From: Camelus dromedarius
Lineage: Eukaryota
NCBI RefSeq assembly: GCF_036321535.1
Contig: NC_087437.1
Span: 40,488,001-40,552,000, forward strand
Length of the DNA: 64,000 nucleotides
Direction: 5' to 3'
The notes beneath the pieces were generated by a model. That model saw only the letters and a list, made by a program, of their open reading frames with translations. It ran no database searches and was not told the DNA's origin. The first letter of the stretch is position 1, and each line of letters opens with the position of its first letter. The position numbers and the translations under genes were made by a program. This document shows, piece by piece, positions 1-13,414 of this stretch.

Positions 1-70
1 AGCCGAAGCCAAGCCACCATCTCTTCTCCCCTGGTCTGTGATAGGCTCCTGACAGGTCACCCTACTTCTA

Positions 71-193
71 TTTTGGGGGGAGGAGATTAGGTTTATTTAT
101 TTATTTAATTAATTTATTTAATGGAGGCACTGGGGATTGAACCCAGGACCTCGTGCATGCTAAGCATGCACTCTACCACTGAGCTATACCCTC
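71..193 (-). mobile_element. tRNA-Ala-derived SINE (Vic-1-like)
   Basis: Minus strand GAGGGTATAGCTCAGTGGTAGAGTGCATGCTTAGCATGCACGAGGTCCTGGGTTCAATCCCCAGTGCCTCCA, followed by a (TAAA)n-CCTAAT-C-rich-A tail. Confidence 0.9.
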
Positions 194-194
194 T

Positions 195-850
195 CTCTGG
201 CCTCCTTCTATTCTTGTCCTCCACAGTCTATTCAGTAAGCGTCCACAACTGTAAATCAGATGATGTCACTGTCCTGCTCAAATCGTCCAGTAGCTGTGCA
301 TCATGCTGAGCGGGGAGACCTGAGTTTTTTCTCGCACACTCTTCTCCAGCCACGCTGGCTTTTGGCTTTTCCTCCTCACACTTGCTACTTCCCCAGCTGG
401 GCAAACCTCTCACATAGATCTCACATCCTGACTTCATCCAGGACTCTGCTCAAGTATCTTCTCCTGAGAACACACTCCCCACCACCTAACCCAACATGGC
501 CTTCTCATCACTTTCTGTCCCTTAGCTCATTTCACTTTTCTTCCTAACACTTCAATGCTCCAGACATTATGTTATGTACATATTTTTTTATTTATTTACT
601 ACTCTTATCAACCCTCAGGTTGTAAGTTGCTCATTTTGTTCACTGCTATATTCCTAGTTCTTTAAACATTAAGGGCTTGATAAATATGCATTGAATTAAT
701 GAAGTTACTTAACCTCTCTAATCCTCAGATTGCTAATCTGAAAAATGGGGACGTTTACCACAGTTATTGTAGAGGTTAAATAAAAAATGAAATAATGTAT
801 TTAAACAGTAGAGCATAATAAATGTTCACTAAGCATAGGTGTTATTATTG
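195..850 (+). mobile_element. L2 fragment followed by a MIR
   Basis: aaatcagatgatgtcactgtcctgctcaaa...ttgttcactgctata...ataaatatgcattgaattaatgaa, then gttacttaacctctctaatcctcag...tctgaaaaatgggg. Confidence 0.6.
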
Positions 851-2039
851 ATTACCTTTTTGGGTTATTTTGCAACATATGCTTAGAGTAAGGGAAAACA
901 ATCCTTCTATCATATTTCCAAAAGTTATGCATTTTTTATAAGGCAGTCCTTACTTTTAAGTTAATTATATTATACATTATTTTTTAACTTGATTACACTG
1001 TATTTTAAAATATTTTGTGTCTATATCTGAGAATAGATTTTTGCCTGTGTGCTCCTAACGTATTAAACAGTGTCATATCAGTTTCATATTCAGTCTTAAT
1101 TGTAATATTCTAATTATGGTAGATAAGTCTCACAATTACATAAAATGCCAGAGACAAGAGGAGGCAGAACAAAATACATTACAGGGAATAAGCAAAGCTA
1201 GTGAAGAGGGATGAAAAGTTGGGGGGAAGTTTTGTGACAGAAACAAAAGTACAGAGTTTGATTTTAATATTTATCTTTAGTAAATCCTGAATACAAAATT
1301 GTGCAAAACTCTAAATAATGCAGAAATACATATGAAACAGAAAGTGAGAGTCCACTATAATCCACTCTTTCCGTGTCTTTCCGTGTTTATAGCCTATTTT
1401 ATATTCTTTCTGATTTCCTATGTACTGACATACATATGTGTATGTATCTCTTTTAGCAAAGTGGTATTGGAATATATATACTCTTCTGCACTTAACCGTA
1501 TATTTTTCTATATCACTGCAAATGGTTTCCTTCCAGTTCTTCAAAGATGCCAAACTTTGCTTACTTCAGAGCCTTCCATACCATCCTGGAATATTCTTTC
1601 TCATATTTTGCAAATCTAATTCCTTATTTCCCTCTAATTCTCAGCATAAATGTCATTTCTTTAAGTAATTTTTTTCCCTGAACAATATTCCTCCCCACCA
1701 TTATTCTCTGTTACTACACAGTACTTATTTCCCTTGGAGCAGGTGCCACAGTTTGTAATTGTGCTTGTTCACCTATTTTCTTGCCTACTTTTTCTCTCTA
1801 AACTGTGAATCTGTCTCATGAGGACAGGGAACAAAACTGTTTAGTTTATTACTCATACTCAGTGCCTCACACAGTGCTAGGCACATAGTAAGCTCTCAAT
1901 AAATGTGTTGGAAAAAATAAGTTTGCAAGTAACACACTGAAAAAGGTGTATTTGGTCTTTCACTTCTTATCCATGATGGATAGAGCATTGCCTTCTTTTT
2001 TCTTCAGTTCTTTATTCTTAATTAAGAAACAATACTATA

Positions 2040-2256
2040 CAGTTGACCCTTGAACAACATGAGTGAACTGTGCAATTTCACTTATACATGTATTTTTTTC
2101 AATAAATATGTACTAACGTACTTACATGATCTGCAGTTGGTTGCATCTGTAGATGTGGAACTGTGGATACAGAAGCCCGACTGTAAAGTTATATACAAGT
2201 TTTCAGCTGCATAGGGGTTGGTGCCCTTAATTCCCATATTGTTCAAGGGTCAACTG
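2040..2256. mobile_element. Tigger2a-like MITE (TcMar-Tigger)
   Basis: Perfect TIRs CAGTTGACCCTTGAACAA / TTGTTCAAGGGTCAACTG with TA target duplication on both sides. Confidence 0.9.
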
Positions 2257-2289
2257 TATTTGTCTTGATTTGCACCTGGAATTTGTTTT

Positions 2290-2828
2290 AATCAGGAATG
2301 GTAAGGTGACAGAGACAGGGACAACTACTTTTGAAAGAAGAATTTATTATTTACTGTTCCCAAGTGAAGGGGGCATAACACACCATGCAGGGCCACATGG
2401 GGAAGCACCAGGATCAGTCTGGAGGCAGGAGTGAAAGAGAAAGCATGGCCCAGAGCCATTATTGTGGTTTTTGCTGAAAGGAATGAGCGAGATGGTGTAG
2501 GAAAGTTTGAATAAATTTGGGATTGGATAGTTTGAATAATTGTGGCAGGCTCTGGTCCATAGGGGTGATTTCTAGTTGTCCAGTACCTGGCCCTGGGGTG
2601 ACTAAGGCCAGGGGAGTATTGGCTTGGTGTATGAGAATTAAATAAAGGAGGAAGTTTGGATTGGTTGGTTTGTATATGAAAGGCATATTCACAGAAGGAG
2701 TCATTCACTGTCTCTAGGACAATTTGAAGAGATAAAAGCCCTGGGAGTGGCAGTCTCTCCTCTGTCAGTAAGGCCATGAAGATGTCAAAGCATCATAAAA
2801 TATACAAAATAAAAAGCATTATTAATAC
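2290..2828 (-). mobile_element. MER74A-like ERVL LTR
   Basis: Minus strand reads ...tgatgctttgacatcttc.ggccttactgac...caccccagggccaggtac...aattattcaaacta.ccaatcc..., as in the remembered MER74A consensus. Confidence 0.75.
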
Positions 2829-3423
2829 TTTTCTAGCCTAATTTAGATATTATGAATGTTCATTCCCTGATTAATTTTTTCAGATGAAAAATACATACTA
2901 TTAGTACTATGTGGTTATTTTAAATACACTATATATTTATACAAAGTGCAGTGCAATATACATTGACATCAGAATGATTTATGCTATGATAATTTAATAT
3001 ATATAGTTTTATTCAAATAACTTGTGTAATATTGACATATTATTTTGAGAAATACTCAGATTACTTACTTGAAGTAGTTTTATGGAAATAAAATATTTAA
3101 AAGCTGATTTTATCTTAGCCAGTACTATACTATTTAATCTTAATCTATAATAAATTTCCTCTGTCTTGATATATTTAAGAGCCCAGAAGCAATCTGCTAT
3201 TTTAAACAGGTATGGAATATTTTCTAGGTAATTAAATATTTGTGTGTGTCTGTGCATCTGTGTATACAGATCTTTGTCTAGTTTAATGCAGGAAGATATG
3301 CAGGCCTGAAATTTAGAGTTAAGAACCTGAGTTTAACCACTGATCCTGCCCATTCCCAGCTGGGTGCTCTTAGGCAATTCATTTAACCTCTCCGAACACA
3401 AAGTTCATCACAAAGGCTGGGAT

Positions 3424-4256
3424 TGTAACTAAGCAGGACCCTATTGTCATCACTGGTGACCATCCAATATCTGTAATGGTGTTTGTAATTGCTTAGTTGA
3501 ATAGTGGTTTAAAGGGTTTTGCTCATGCTCTTGCTGACCAGGGTTGGGATGGAGTGGGGCTTGGGTGGTCTGCCCAGTCCCCTCGTGGTGCTGTGTGCAG
3601 GGATCATGCTCAGCCCCCTGCACCTGACCCCAGTGCCCTCCTCTTGACTCTGACACCTCAGAAATAGCAGTTGGGGGTTTTGTGCATCTTATTGTTCATA
3701 ACCAGCCCCAACCATGCATGTCTGCTGGTTGTTTTTGGCCCTTTGTGGTTTCCTTATATTCTGTTATATGAGCTGTAGGCTTCAGCCTACAGTAGGAGGT
3801 CCCAGGCCTCAGCCTGTTTAAAAGGCTAAAAGCATTTATCAACCTGACTTTAAACTGCACAAGATTTTCTCTAGAGCTTTTTTCCATGGAGCCCCTTCCT
3901 ATGCACGCTTTGTTCTAGGTACAAGAATATTAAGAGATTCCCAAAGCCAGAGGTGAACTTCATACCCAGCAGAGGGAAGGGGACGGCTGTATTGCAAAAA
4001 CAAGAACAACCTTGCAATAATTTGTTACCCTGTATGTGATCTCTATGGAAAGTAGCTCCACCCCTTGAACTCTCGAACTTTTACTATAAAACCCCCTGCC
4101 TTCTCTCCCCAGCAGGCTCACAGTCTGAGAAGCATTAGCCCACTGTGACCTCCTTTGTCTGGCAAAGAATTAAAGCTGCCTTTTCTACTTCATCCAAAAC
4201 TCTGTCCTTGAGTCTCAATTCAGTAAACAGGGTATGGAGGCCTTGTTTCTGCAACA
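3424..4256 (+). mobile_element. Solo ERV1-like LTR (possibly composite) inserted in a MIR
   Basis: TGTAAC...GCAACA termini with TSD GGAT (3420-3423, 4257-4260); TATAAAA 4085-4091; ATTAAA 4169-4174. Confidence 0.8.
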
Positions 4257-5344
4257 GGATAACAGTAATCTTTACCAGGTGACCTTATTGGGAGAAATCG
4301 GTTAACCTAAATGTGACTGTGTTTGTCAAAGTGTTTTGTAACTGCAATGCACCATGTGCATATGTTTAAAGTTTACTCTTACTGCAGTATACTGCAGGGA
4401 CATTTTTTTTCAGAAAAAGAATTCAGAAGGTTTTTTGTTGTTATTGTAATTGTAGAAATGTTCAAAGGCAAGACTGGAGGAGAGAAAGCTCAAAACTGAT
4501 TCAGGAAAAGAATAATAAGTCACTGTCTAGTTACAAAGTGAAATTTTGGATGTAAAGGGTACTTTCCCTCAATGAACTACAAAGAGCTTTGGAATGTTTA
4601 TTTATTTTCATAATATTTTTAAGCCAGTTAGGTTAAAGTTGTCGTCATCTACTCTCTGAAAGGGAAATAAACACACAACAAGTTATGTAACCTGCCTGAG
4701 TCAAAATTAGAGCCAAGCCTTTCAATTTTGCCACGTAGTGCTCAGACTGGAGCTGCACGGCTCCCCACGATAAACAAGCGCCTTCTTTTGCCGGAATTAT
4801 CTAAGCTTTGGTTTTATCAAAATGCTTGCTGGAACAAGCAATTAAAATACAGAAAGTCTGTCATCAAATAATCATTAGCAATTCATTATCAGTAAATAGG
4901 CCACATCAAGTGCCTCTGAGATGCAGGCATTGGTTTTACTTAACAAAGTTAAGAATCTGTGTCCTCTCCAGAGGTCCCAGAGCTACCACTTTTGTCTATT
5001 TTGAGCCATTCTTCCTTCTGCTCTCATCTAAAGAGCCAATATCTTCACATTCCTCTTCACCCTAAAATTTCAGGTGATTTAGGACTAAATCACAGGACTA
5101 AATCCAAAGCTCCTTCCTTTGCTTACAAAGTCTCTATTTTCTGACTCTAAAACACCTTCCTCTGCTTCCAACTGCCTTTATACTTAAGGCTAATTAAATT
5201 TCTCACCAGTCAGACACAAGCTAGGCCTTTTCACTGCTCTGCCTTTACACTCAATTACACTCTACATTAATCCACCTAAAATAGCAATAAGGAGAGGCTG
5301 AGGGGAGAAAGAGAAGTCTACACATGTTGAATTTGTCCCGGCAG

Positions 5345-5651
5345 ATTGTTTTCAGGGCCCCCTCAGACACCAAAATCCAGGGATTCTCACTTCTCTTCTA
5401 TAAAATGGCGTAGTATTTGCTTATAACCTGTGCACATCCTTCAGTATACTTTAAATCATTTTAGGATTATTTATAATACCTAATGCAATGTAAATAGTTG
5501 TAAATACAATTAAACGCTAAGTAAATAGTTGCCAGAGAATGGTAAATTCAAGTTTTGCTTTTTGAAACTTTTTGGAATTTTTTTTAGTATTCTTGATCTG
5601 CAGTTGGTTGAATCTGTGGATCCAGAACCTAAGGATATAGAGGGCTGACTG
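5345..5651 (+). mobile_element. MER2-like Tigger-family DNA transposon fossil
   Basis: caccaaaatcc...tataaaatggcgtagtatttgc.tataacct...gttggttgaatctgtggat...agggctgactgt; paralog at 43938-44248. Confidence 0.75.
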
Positions 5652-6014
5652 TCCTAGTTGAGTGCTGTGCCTAAGTCTCCTATTTAATTTGAGCAGCAAA
5701 CCCCTGAAGCAGGTGTTGTTACCCTCCATTTTGCTGATGAGGATACTCATTTCAGTGGGATTAAGTAACTTGTTCAAGGTCACACTGATAGAAAGTGGCA
5801 GAATTAGCTTTGGAACTGAAGTCCACCTGCGAAATACGTGTTCTGGCCTCTTCCGTATGCTGTCTCTCCCCATTGCCCACTGTCATCACCTGGCATTATT
5901 CTTCAGATTCTGCTCAACATTTTCTTCCTTTGACCTTCATAGCATCTCCCAGATGGAGTCAATGCTCCCATAGTGCTCTGTTGATACTCCTGATAATACT
6001 TACCAGGTGTCTAC

Positions 6015-7310
6015 TTTTAATTGAGATATAATTCACATAAAATAAAATTAATCTGTTTAAAGTGTGTAACTCAGTGTATATTCACACTGTTGTGTAACTA
6101 TCATTGCTATCTAATTCCAGAACATTTTCATCACCCCAGAAAAAACTCCAAGACCAGTTAGCAATCATTCGCCATTCATCCTTTCCTGCAACCCCTGGCA
6201 ACCACTAAACGGCTTTCTGTCTCTATAGATTTGTCTATTCTGGACATTTAATATGAATAGAATCATACAGTATATAGCCTTTTGTGTCTGGCTTCTTTTG
6301 CTTAGCTTAATGTTTTCAATGTTCATCTACATTGCAGTGTGTTTCAGTACTTCATTCCTTTTTATAAATGAATACTATTTCATTTTATGGATGTGCTACA
6401 TTTTGTTTATCCATTCTTCAATTAACAGACATTTGGTTTGATTTCACTTTTTAGCTACTATAGATAATGCTTATATGAATGTTCGTGCACTAGTTTTTGT
6501 GCAGACATATGTTTTTAATTCTCTTATATAATGAGGGTCATATAATGAAGAATGGATTTGCTGGATCATATAGTAACTCTATGTTTAACATCTTGAGGAA
6601 CTGTCAAATTGTTTCCCAAAGTTGTTGCACCTCTTTGCATTCCCATAAGCAATCTATGAAGGTTCTACTTCCTACATGTCCTCGCCAACACCTGTTATTA
6701 TCCATCTTTTGATTATAGTCAACCTATAGGTACAAAGTCGTTGAGTTGCATTTTCTTAATGACTAATAATGAATATTTTTTCATGTTTTATGGCCATTTG
6801 TATGTCTTCTTTGGAGAAATGCCTATTCAAATTCTTTGCCCACAAAGAGAAATTGAGTTATGTCTTTTTTAGTTGTAAGAGTTGCTTGTATATCTGAATA
6901 CTGGCCCCTTATCAGACATATGATTTATAAATGTTTTCTCCCTTTCTGTAGGAAGACTTTTCACTTTCTTGATGGTGTCCTTTGAAACACCTGCATTTTT
7001 AATTTTGATGAGGTTCAATTTATCTTTTCCTTTGCTTATTTGTGCTTTTGGTGTCAATCTAAGAATCCTAATCTAAGGTCACAAAGATTTACTACTACAT
7101 TTTCTTCTAAGAGTTTTATAATTTTAGTTTTTATGCTTAAATATTTGATCCATTTTGAGTTAATTTTGATAAATGGTTTAGGTAGAAGTCCAGCTTCATT
7201 CTTTTGTATGTGGATATTAAATTGTTCCAGCATCATTTGTTAAAACAAATACCACCCCTCCCCCACCAAAAAACCCCTATTATTTCCTCCACTGAATTGT
7301 CTTGGCCTCT
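6015..7310 (-). mobile_element. L1M 3' fragment (ORF2 end and 3' UTR)
   Basis: Typical antisense L1M sequence (ttgagatataattcacata...cttctttggagaaatg); minus-strand remnants KINSKWIK.L..K.K.IKLLEEN and KLNLIKIKN. Confidence 0.85.
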
Positions 7311-9513
7311 AACATGTGTTTTTAAATAAATGTTGACACTTTTATGCTGTTACTGTCAGCTCCCTGAGGGCAAGGTTTTTTGTATTCCTGCCTCCATGTT
7401 TAGCATGAGACTATAACATAGTAAATCCTCAACAAACGTGTTCAATGAATGAAAAGCTGATTTGAGAATCCTAGTGTCAACCAACAAGTACCAAATGCTA
7501 TAGACTCTGCTAGGTGCTGGGAAGTTTTGTTCATGAAGCTCCCAAGTCTAGTGAATTTTTCAAACTAAAAGTTTCCAAAGGTGTCCCAGAATCTTACAGT
7601 CCTAGTCTGGAATGGGTCCTGGAGATCATGAACCCTCTCACCTTCCTGTAAGGGAAAGCAGACCTTAAAAGGCTAAATAGCAGCCTGTGTCCTATCTCAT
7701 GTTAATTTGCCAGAGGATCCCAGGTCTCTGAAATTACATTATGACTTTACAAGTTAACAAAGGATTTTTTTTTAGTTAGTCCTTGATAAAGCATTTTTTC
7801 AGTTAGGCCTTGATAAAGTCCTCTCCAGATGAAAGACAACTGCTTCTGTTTCATACCACACTTATCTTCTGAGATAACTGCTATCAGAGATTTAAAAAAA
7901 TTTTTTTCTCCACCCCAGCCGGACATAATTACTCCTTTCTCTGAATTTCTATAGATCTTACTTGCTCTTCCATAAACTTCGCAATTTGTTTTGTACTGCC
8001 CTAGGGCTTTGGATTTGTATATAATCTTGAATTGTTATTTATCATAGGTTTATGTGTGGCCTTCCCAAGTAGACAATCCCAGCTAGACTCAGGTGCAAGA
8101 GTTAGATTTTATACTTGATTGTATGAAATATGGGGCTCTGCACCTAGTGGACATAAAGCAGATGTTTCTTGATATTATTTGTGTTTTTATGGAATTCAGT
8201 TTTAAAATAAGGAATGATTAGGCTTAAGTTTCATTCTGTCTTCCCCCCTTTTCATAGTTGATAGGGCAGCTTACTCTAAGACGCTCAGGGTGGGAGGCTC
8301 AAAGGGAGAAGCATCTTCTCATCTTTGGACGTTTTCTGGTGACTGTCTACTTGCTTTCCTGGAAGAGTGGAGACACCAGACACCTAATAATTAGTACATG
8401 TATATTTTTAAATATTTCTCAATATTACTATTGAAAGTTTTAAATTTTTCTTAAGAGGATAAAACCATTGGCAGGATTTCCCCCAAGAACCCAGTAAATT
8501 AAACTAATTCTCAAGGGAACTCTGAGTTGTAGTTTTTAAATGACTGAGCCAGAAAGTGAAAGAGAAAAAGAGATCCTATTTCTCTTATCTCAGGCTTGCT
8601 TTCTAGTTATGAGGTGGAGGAAGGAGGTGGCATAATCTAGCCTCATGTTGGACTGTGCCTTGCGGAACATAACCAGAATCTTTGGAACTGTTTAACTGAG
8701 GTGAAAGAGAAAAAGTGGCTGAATGGAAGACTGAGTCTGTCATGACATGATACTTAGCACAATGTCATGCACCTATGGGAATACAGTGAGCCTGTCAATC
8801 AACTGCAGTAAGAACAGATTATGTGTGCATTAAACTGATTTTCTAATAACAATGAATCCAGACAGCATTTTAGCATATGGTTAGATCATGGGAAACAAAC
8901 AAGAGAATAACAAATTAAAACTAAGAATTTTGTGAAGTTAATTTATTTCCCCTCATTTGCCAGAAATCACTCAGTACTTGTTTCAAAATCATGGTATTTT
9001 AAAATTATGCTAAAAAATGGAAAATATTGTAACAATGATAAAATCATTGTCATTTCAGTTCTTTGAACTTCAGTTGTAAAATGAGGCCTAGATTTTTTGC
9101 TCTTCAAACTGTAATCAGGGGACTAGCAGCAAAAGACTTTTAAAATCAGAATCTGCATTTTACCAAAATCCCTACCTAATTTGTAGGCATGTCAAAGTTT
9201 GAGAAAGACTGACCTAAATGACACAAAGCAAATTCCAGCTAGTAAATTCTACCATCCCATTATTCTAGCTGGAAGAGTCCATGTTCAGGAAAAAGAGCAT
9301 CACTTTCGTAGAAGTTGTGTTCGACTTGAGTAAATCGATCACTCAGCAAGTTGAACTAACTTTTCAGGTCACAGCTTTAGCAAAGCAAACAGAAAATAAA
9401 GACTTGCTCTGCCTGTTTGGTGGTGTCAGCTTCCTTCCTATGACACCAAGATTAATTTTAGCATTTAAGTGGACATAAACCAACATAAAATAATTTAAAT
9501 ATTCAATTAATTT

Positions 9514-9595
9514 GGGTTGGGGGTATAACTTAGTGGTAGAGCACATGCTTGGTGTCCATGAAGTTCTGGGTTCAATCCCCAGTTAAGGAAAAAAA
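9514..9595 (+). mobile_element. tRNA-Ala-derived SINE, diverged
   Basis: gggggtataacttagtggtagagcacatgcttgg...ctgggttcaatccccag plus an A tail. Confidence 0.8.
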
Positions 9596-10762
9596 TTTAA
9601 TATTTGTCAAAAGTTAACAATTTCCTAAGTGCCAAAAAGAACTTAAAAGATCAGATTCCTGCTCTCGAGACATCTAATGAAGACAACAGCTTTGCTTTAA
9701 AAGTCTCAGTGTCTGCAGCCCTTATTAATTTAATTATAGGCTGATTCATAATTTGTTATTATCCGGAATTGGAAGCCATACCAGTTCAGAAAAATACCTT
9801 GTGCCTAAGTCACAGGGTGATAAGCACAGTGTGCAGGTGAACTAACAGGCAGCTTTATCTCTGGAGTGCTGTTCCCTTTGACAGTGTACATGTGATTAAG
9901 CAACCAGAAATCATTATGGACGATGAGCTCTGATTTCCCCCCTGATCTCTCTGTGGCCCAAAATAGGATATGGTTTAATTCAAGGTCAGCAGAAATTCAA
10001 TACGAAAAGATTTGAGTCCAGCCGGAAGTAGGTGGAGGTGGAAGAGAAAATGAGCTAGTCCTCTGTGAGAGGGGAGAAGCATTGCAACCTTATGGGGGGG
10101 AGAGAACTAGATTATGGGAGGAGGCCAAAGGCAGGGTTGGTAAGCTGCTGGAGCAGGGAGAATTTATTAGATAAGGTTCATATTTTCAATTGGATATGCC
10201 GTCCTCAAGAACAGGTTTGCCTTTTCAAACTGGAGGGTAGCTTACACTTAATGGTTGATTGCTGTTAGTGATAGCATATTTGTTGTGCGAACATCATTAA
10301 ACAATGATACTTCTAAAAGAAGTTTCTATTTTTTTTTAAGTTTCTATTTTTGATAGTGGCTTTTTCAACCTGTCATTTTACTAGTCAACTTTGTGCCTTT
10401 CAGTCAAGCCAGACACAGTGGGTTCTTCTGGTTCCTAAAGAAGATGCAGTAGGACTCATGAGTTGCTGCAATTATTCGTTGTCACTTATTGGCACATAGC
10501 TTCCTATATTTTGCATTTTTTCCCTTTATTGGTGTACCTCCTGACATCCTATCCGGGTTGTAACTTTCTTGAAAAGAAAGAGAGCGTATAGTGCCTGCAC
10601 CGATTAACCCCATAGGAATTAATTATGTCGAGGTTTCTTAGAACTCTTCGACTATTCAGTGACTTTCATTAAGTAAAAGTTTTATAATTATCATATTTTC
10701 TGCTGACTCCTCTGCTTAATGGAACTTTCCATTTGATGGTTTGTTAAAACAAACCCCTTCTT

Positions 10763-10975
10763 GATTAACAGATACACACTACTATATACATAATAAACAA
10801 CAAGGACCTACTGTATAGCACGGGGAACTATATTCAGTTTCTTGTAATAAGCTATAATGGAAAAGAATCTTAATAAAAATATGTATGTAGATGTATAACT
10901 GAACTGCTTTGCTGGACACCTGAAACTAACATTGTAAATCAACCACACTTCAATAAAAAATAAAATTAAAAAAAG
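10763..10975 (+). mobile_element. Lineage-specific L1 extreme 3' end with poly(A)
   Basis: aacaacaaggacctactgtatagcacggggaactatattcag...ctgaaactaacattgtaaatcaac...caataaaaaa. Confidence 0.85.
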
Positions 10976-12977
10976 AATGATGGAAAACTTGGGGATGAAA
11001 CCCTTCTTTCACGCAGTGTTTGTATTAACACTGAGCTACTTTATATTTCAAGAATTAAGTAATTAGTCCAGCCTCAGGAAATCTTTATCAAATAAAACAA
11101 ATGTTTATGCTTGTCTCATAGATAAGAAAAATGAAGCAAAGTGGTATTGTTTAGTGTCAATGGACATTATTGAGAACCTATTATGTGCTAGGTGCTGGGG
11201 ATGTGAAGATGAACAAATTGCAGTTCCAGCCTGATGAACATGCCAGCAAGAAAATAAAATATGATACTGTGCAATACATACTGTAATTGATACAGAAACA
11301 AAGCATAGAGCAGAGGAAGAGGAAAAAAACGAAGAAAACTGGCATCTAACAGCCTGGGGAAGAGAGGTGAGTTTTGTAAATGTTTTCTACAGGAGAGTGG
11401 AAGTTGGTCAGGAGTGATGGGGACTGAGTTACAGAGGGCGTTTCAGACTAAGCAGAGGGTACTGTATTCCCCAAGCCAGGAATATTTGGCATTGGATCAA
11501 TAAATGAGCTTCCTTTTCTGTAATCTGTTATAATTAGGGAACATATGACATGAATTTTAAAATTATTTTAAATTCAAAGTGAAGACATTTTATTTCAAAG
11601 GCAAAACAGATTAAGGCTCAAACTGCTATATGTCATTATCTGTAGTGTGGGAGTAAGATTGGGGAATTGCAGCGGAAATAAGTTTCTGTGGCTGGAGTGA
11701 AGGGAGTACCCAGATAAAGTTGGTGATGTCAATGGGACAGTGAGAGGGCACAGGAGAAAGAAGGTGGAAAGGGAGTCACGGGGTATTGTTTGCTATCTAC
11801 GCCAGCTCCTTAAGGCTAATTAACAGAATAACCTCTCTCACTAACCTCAGCTGTCAGGACTCCAATTAGGAGTTTGGGTCATGGCTTCTGCTCTTGAGGG
11901 TTAAACAAAATAATTAATGTGATACTATTAAGACATGATAACACAGGTCCTGTGCCTACTATTTATTGTCTCATTCACCATTCTCCAACAGGTTATTTCT
12001 TTGCTCCACATTGGTACAAGCACTCTGATAATGACAAAATGAGAGAATGTTGGCCAAAAATATCTTAAATCCCTTAAGCTGGTGGATTTGAGCATTAATT
12101 AATTTTTTTCTATTAATGTCATTGCAGTGAGCCAAAAGGAAGTATAATTCTGCCCAGTACCAAATATTTATCTCCACAGGTCATAAAGTCCCTCCAAATG
12201 ATCAGGACTTGCAGTTTAAACACTTTTCTCTCCTTTAAATGACATTATCACATGCTTTGTGAAACCACTGAAGAATGCTAGGTTAAGGGAGGCAGGCTTA
12301 CTTAAAGCTGAAGGTATTAGTAAGCACCATTTTAAGTACAACAGAAAGAAAATGGGCTGTGGGAGGCTTGTTCACAATGTCGCATTGACTTCCCATTCTG
12401 TATCATACAATTCTCAGTTGAGAAACAGGCATCAAAGTTCGGGCAGCAGGATTTATCAGATGACATAAAGCACACGGCAAACAAATGTTCATATTTGATC
12501 CTGGCTGCAGGGTACACTGGTGAGGCTAGTTAAGACTGATAATAAACTTTTACCTATTCTGATTAGATATTTTCTTGTTAGAGCAGCTCAGTCTGTAGAA
12601 AGGAAACCAAATTTTCCCAAAGATCTGATTAATATGATGTCAGGTTCCTTTTAAACCCTTTTACAGAGTCCTGTTTACTTTAAAGTAAAGAGATGGCTCC
12701 ATTGTTTCCAGCATTTTGTTACTAAAAATTGTACAATTTCTACTGTGCCCCGATCATCCTATAAGCTTAACTATTTGCGCCTTACATCTAGTTTAATTGC
12801 ATCACACTGGCTTTAAAAATTAATGTCAGAGCATGTCCAGAATGGCAATATATGGGGTTCCCTGTATACTCTCCTCCATGAAACAACCATAACTGGTGAA
12901 CACTGTAACTGAAAAATGACCATTGGATCGAACTGTGGGACAATTTTATGCTTCAGGGCATTGTCAAAAACACCAGA

Positions 12978-13327
12978 TTTACTCCTAGCCACTTTCAAAT
13001 ATACAATACATAACTATAGTCACTATACTGTACACTACATCCCCAGGACTTATTTATATATGGAACTTTATATCTTGTACCACCTTCATCCATTTCTCCC
13101 ACCCACCACCAGTGCTTCACCTCTGACAACCACCAATGTGTTCTCTGGATCTATGAGTTTAGTTTGGTTTGGTTTTTTAGATTCCAGATATGCAATTATG
13201 TGGCATTTGTCTTTCTATGTCTGACTTATTTCACTTGGCATAATGCCCACAAGGTCCATCCATGTTGTCTCAAATGGCAGGATTTTCCTTCTTTTTTATG
13301 GCTAGGTAATCTTCTATTGTTTATATA

Positions 13328-13330
<3 letters not shown>
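12978..13330 (-). mobile_element. L1MA-like 3' UTR fragment
   Basis: ctgtacactacatccccaggacttattta...tgacttatttcacttggcataatg...catccatgttgtc. Confidence 0.75.
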
Positions 13331-13372
<42 letters not shown>

Positions 13373-13412
13373 ATACACACATATACATATATACACACAT
13401 ATACATATATAT
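13331..13412. repeat. (GT)n microsatellite with a TA/CA-rich extension
   Basis: About 16 GT units followed by mixed dinucleotides. Confidence 0.95.
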
Positions 13413-13414
13413 AA

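Noticed and set aside
121..309. ORF MEALGIEPRTSCMLSMHSTTELYP
   Set aside because: Antisense translation of the tRNA-derived SINE.
2325..2777. 150-aa minus-strand ORF
   Set aside because: Lies within the MER74-like LTR and has no protein features.
7767..7818. Short tandem duplications (here, ~21725-21763 and ~35416-35447)
   Set aside because: Two-unit local slippage duplications with no spacer structure; not CRISPR-like, and the DNA is eukaryotic.
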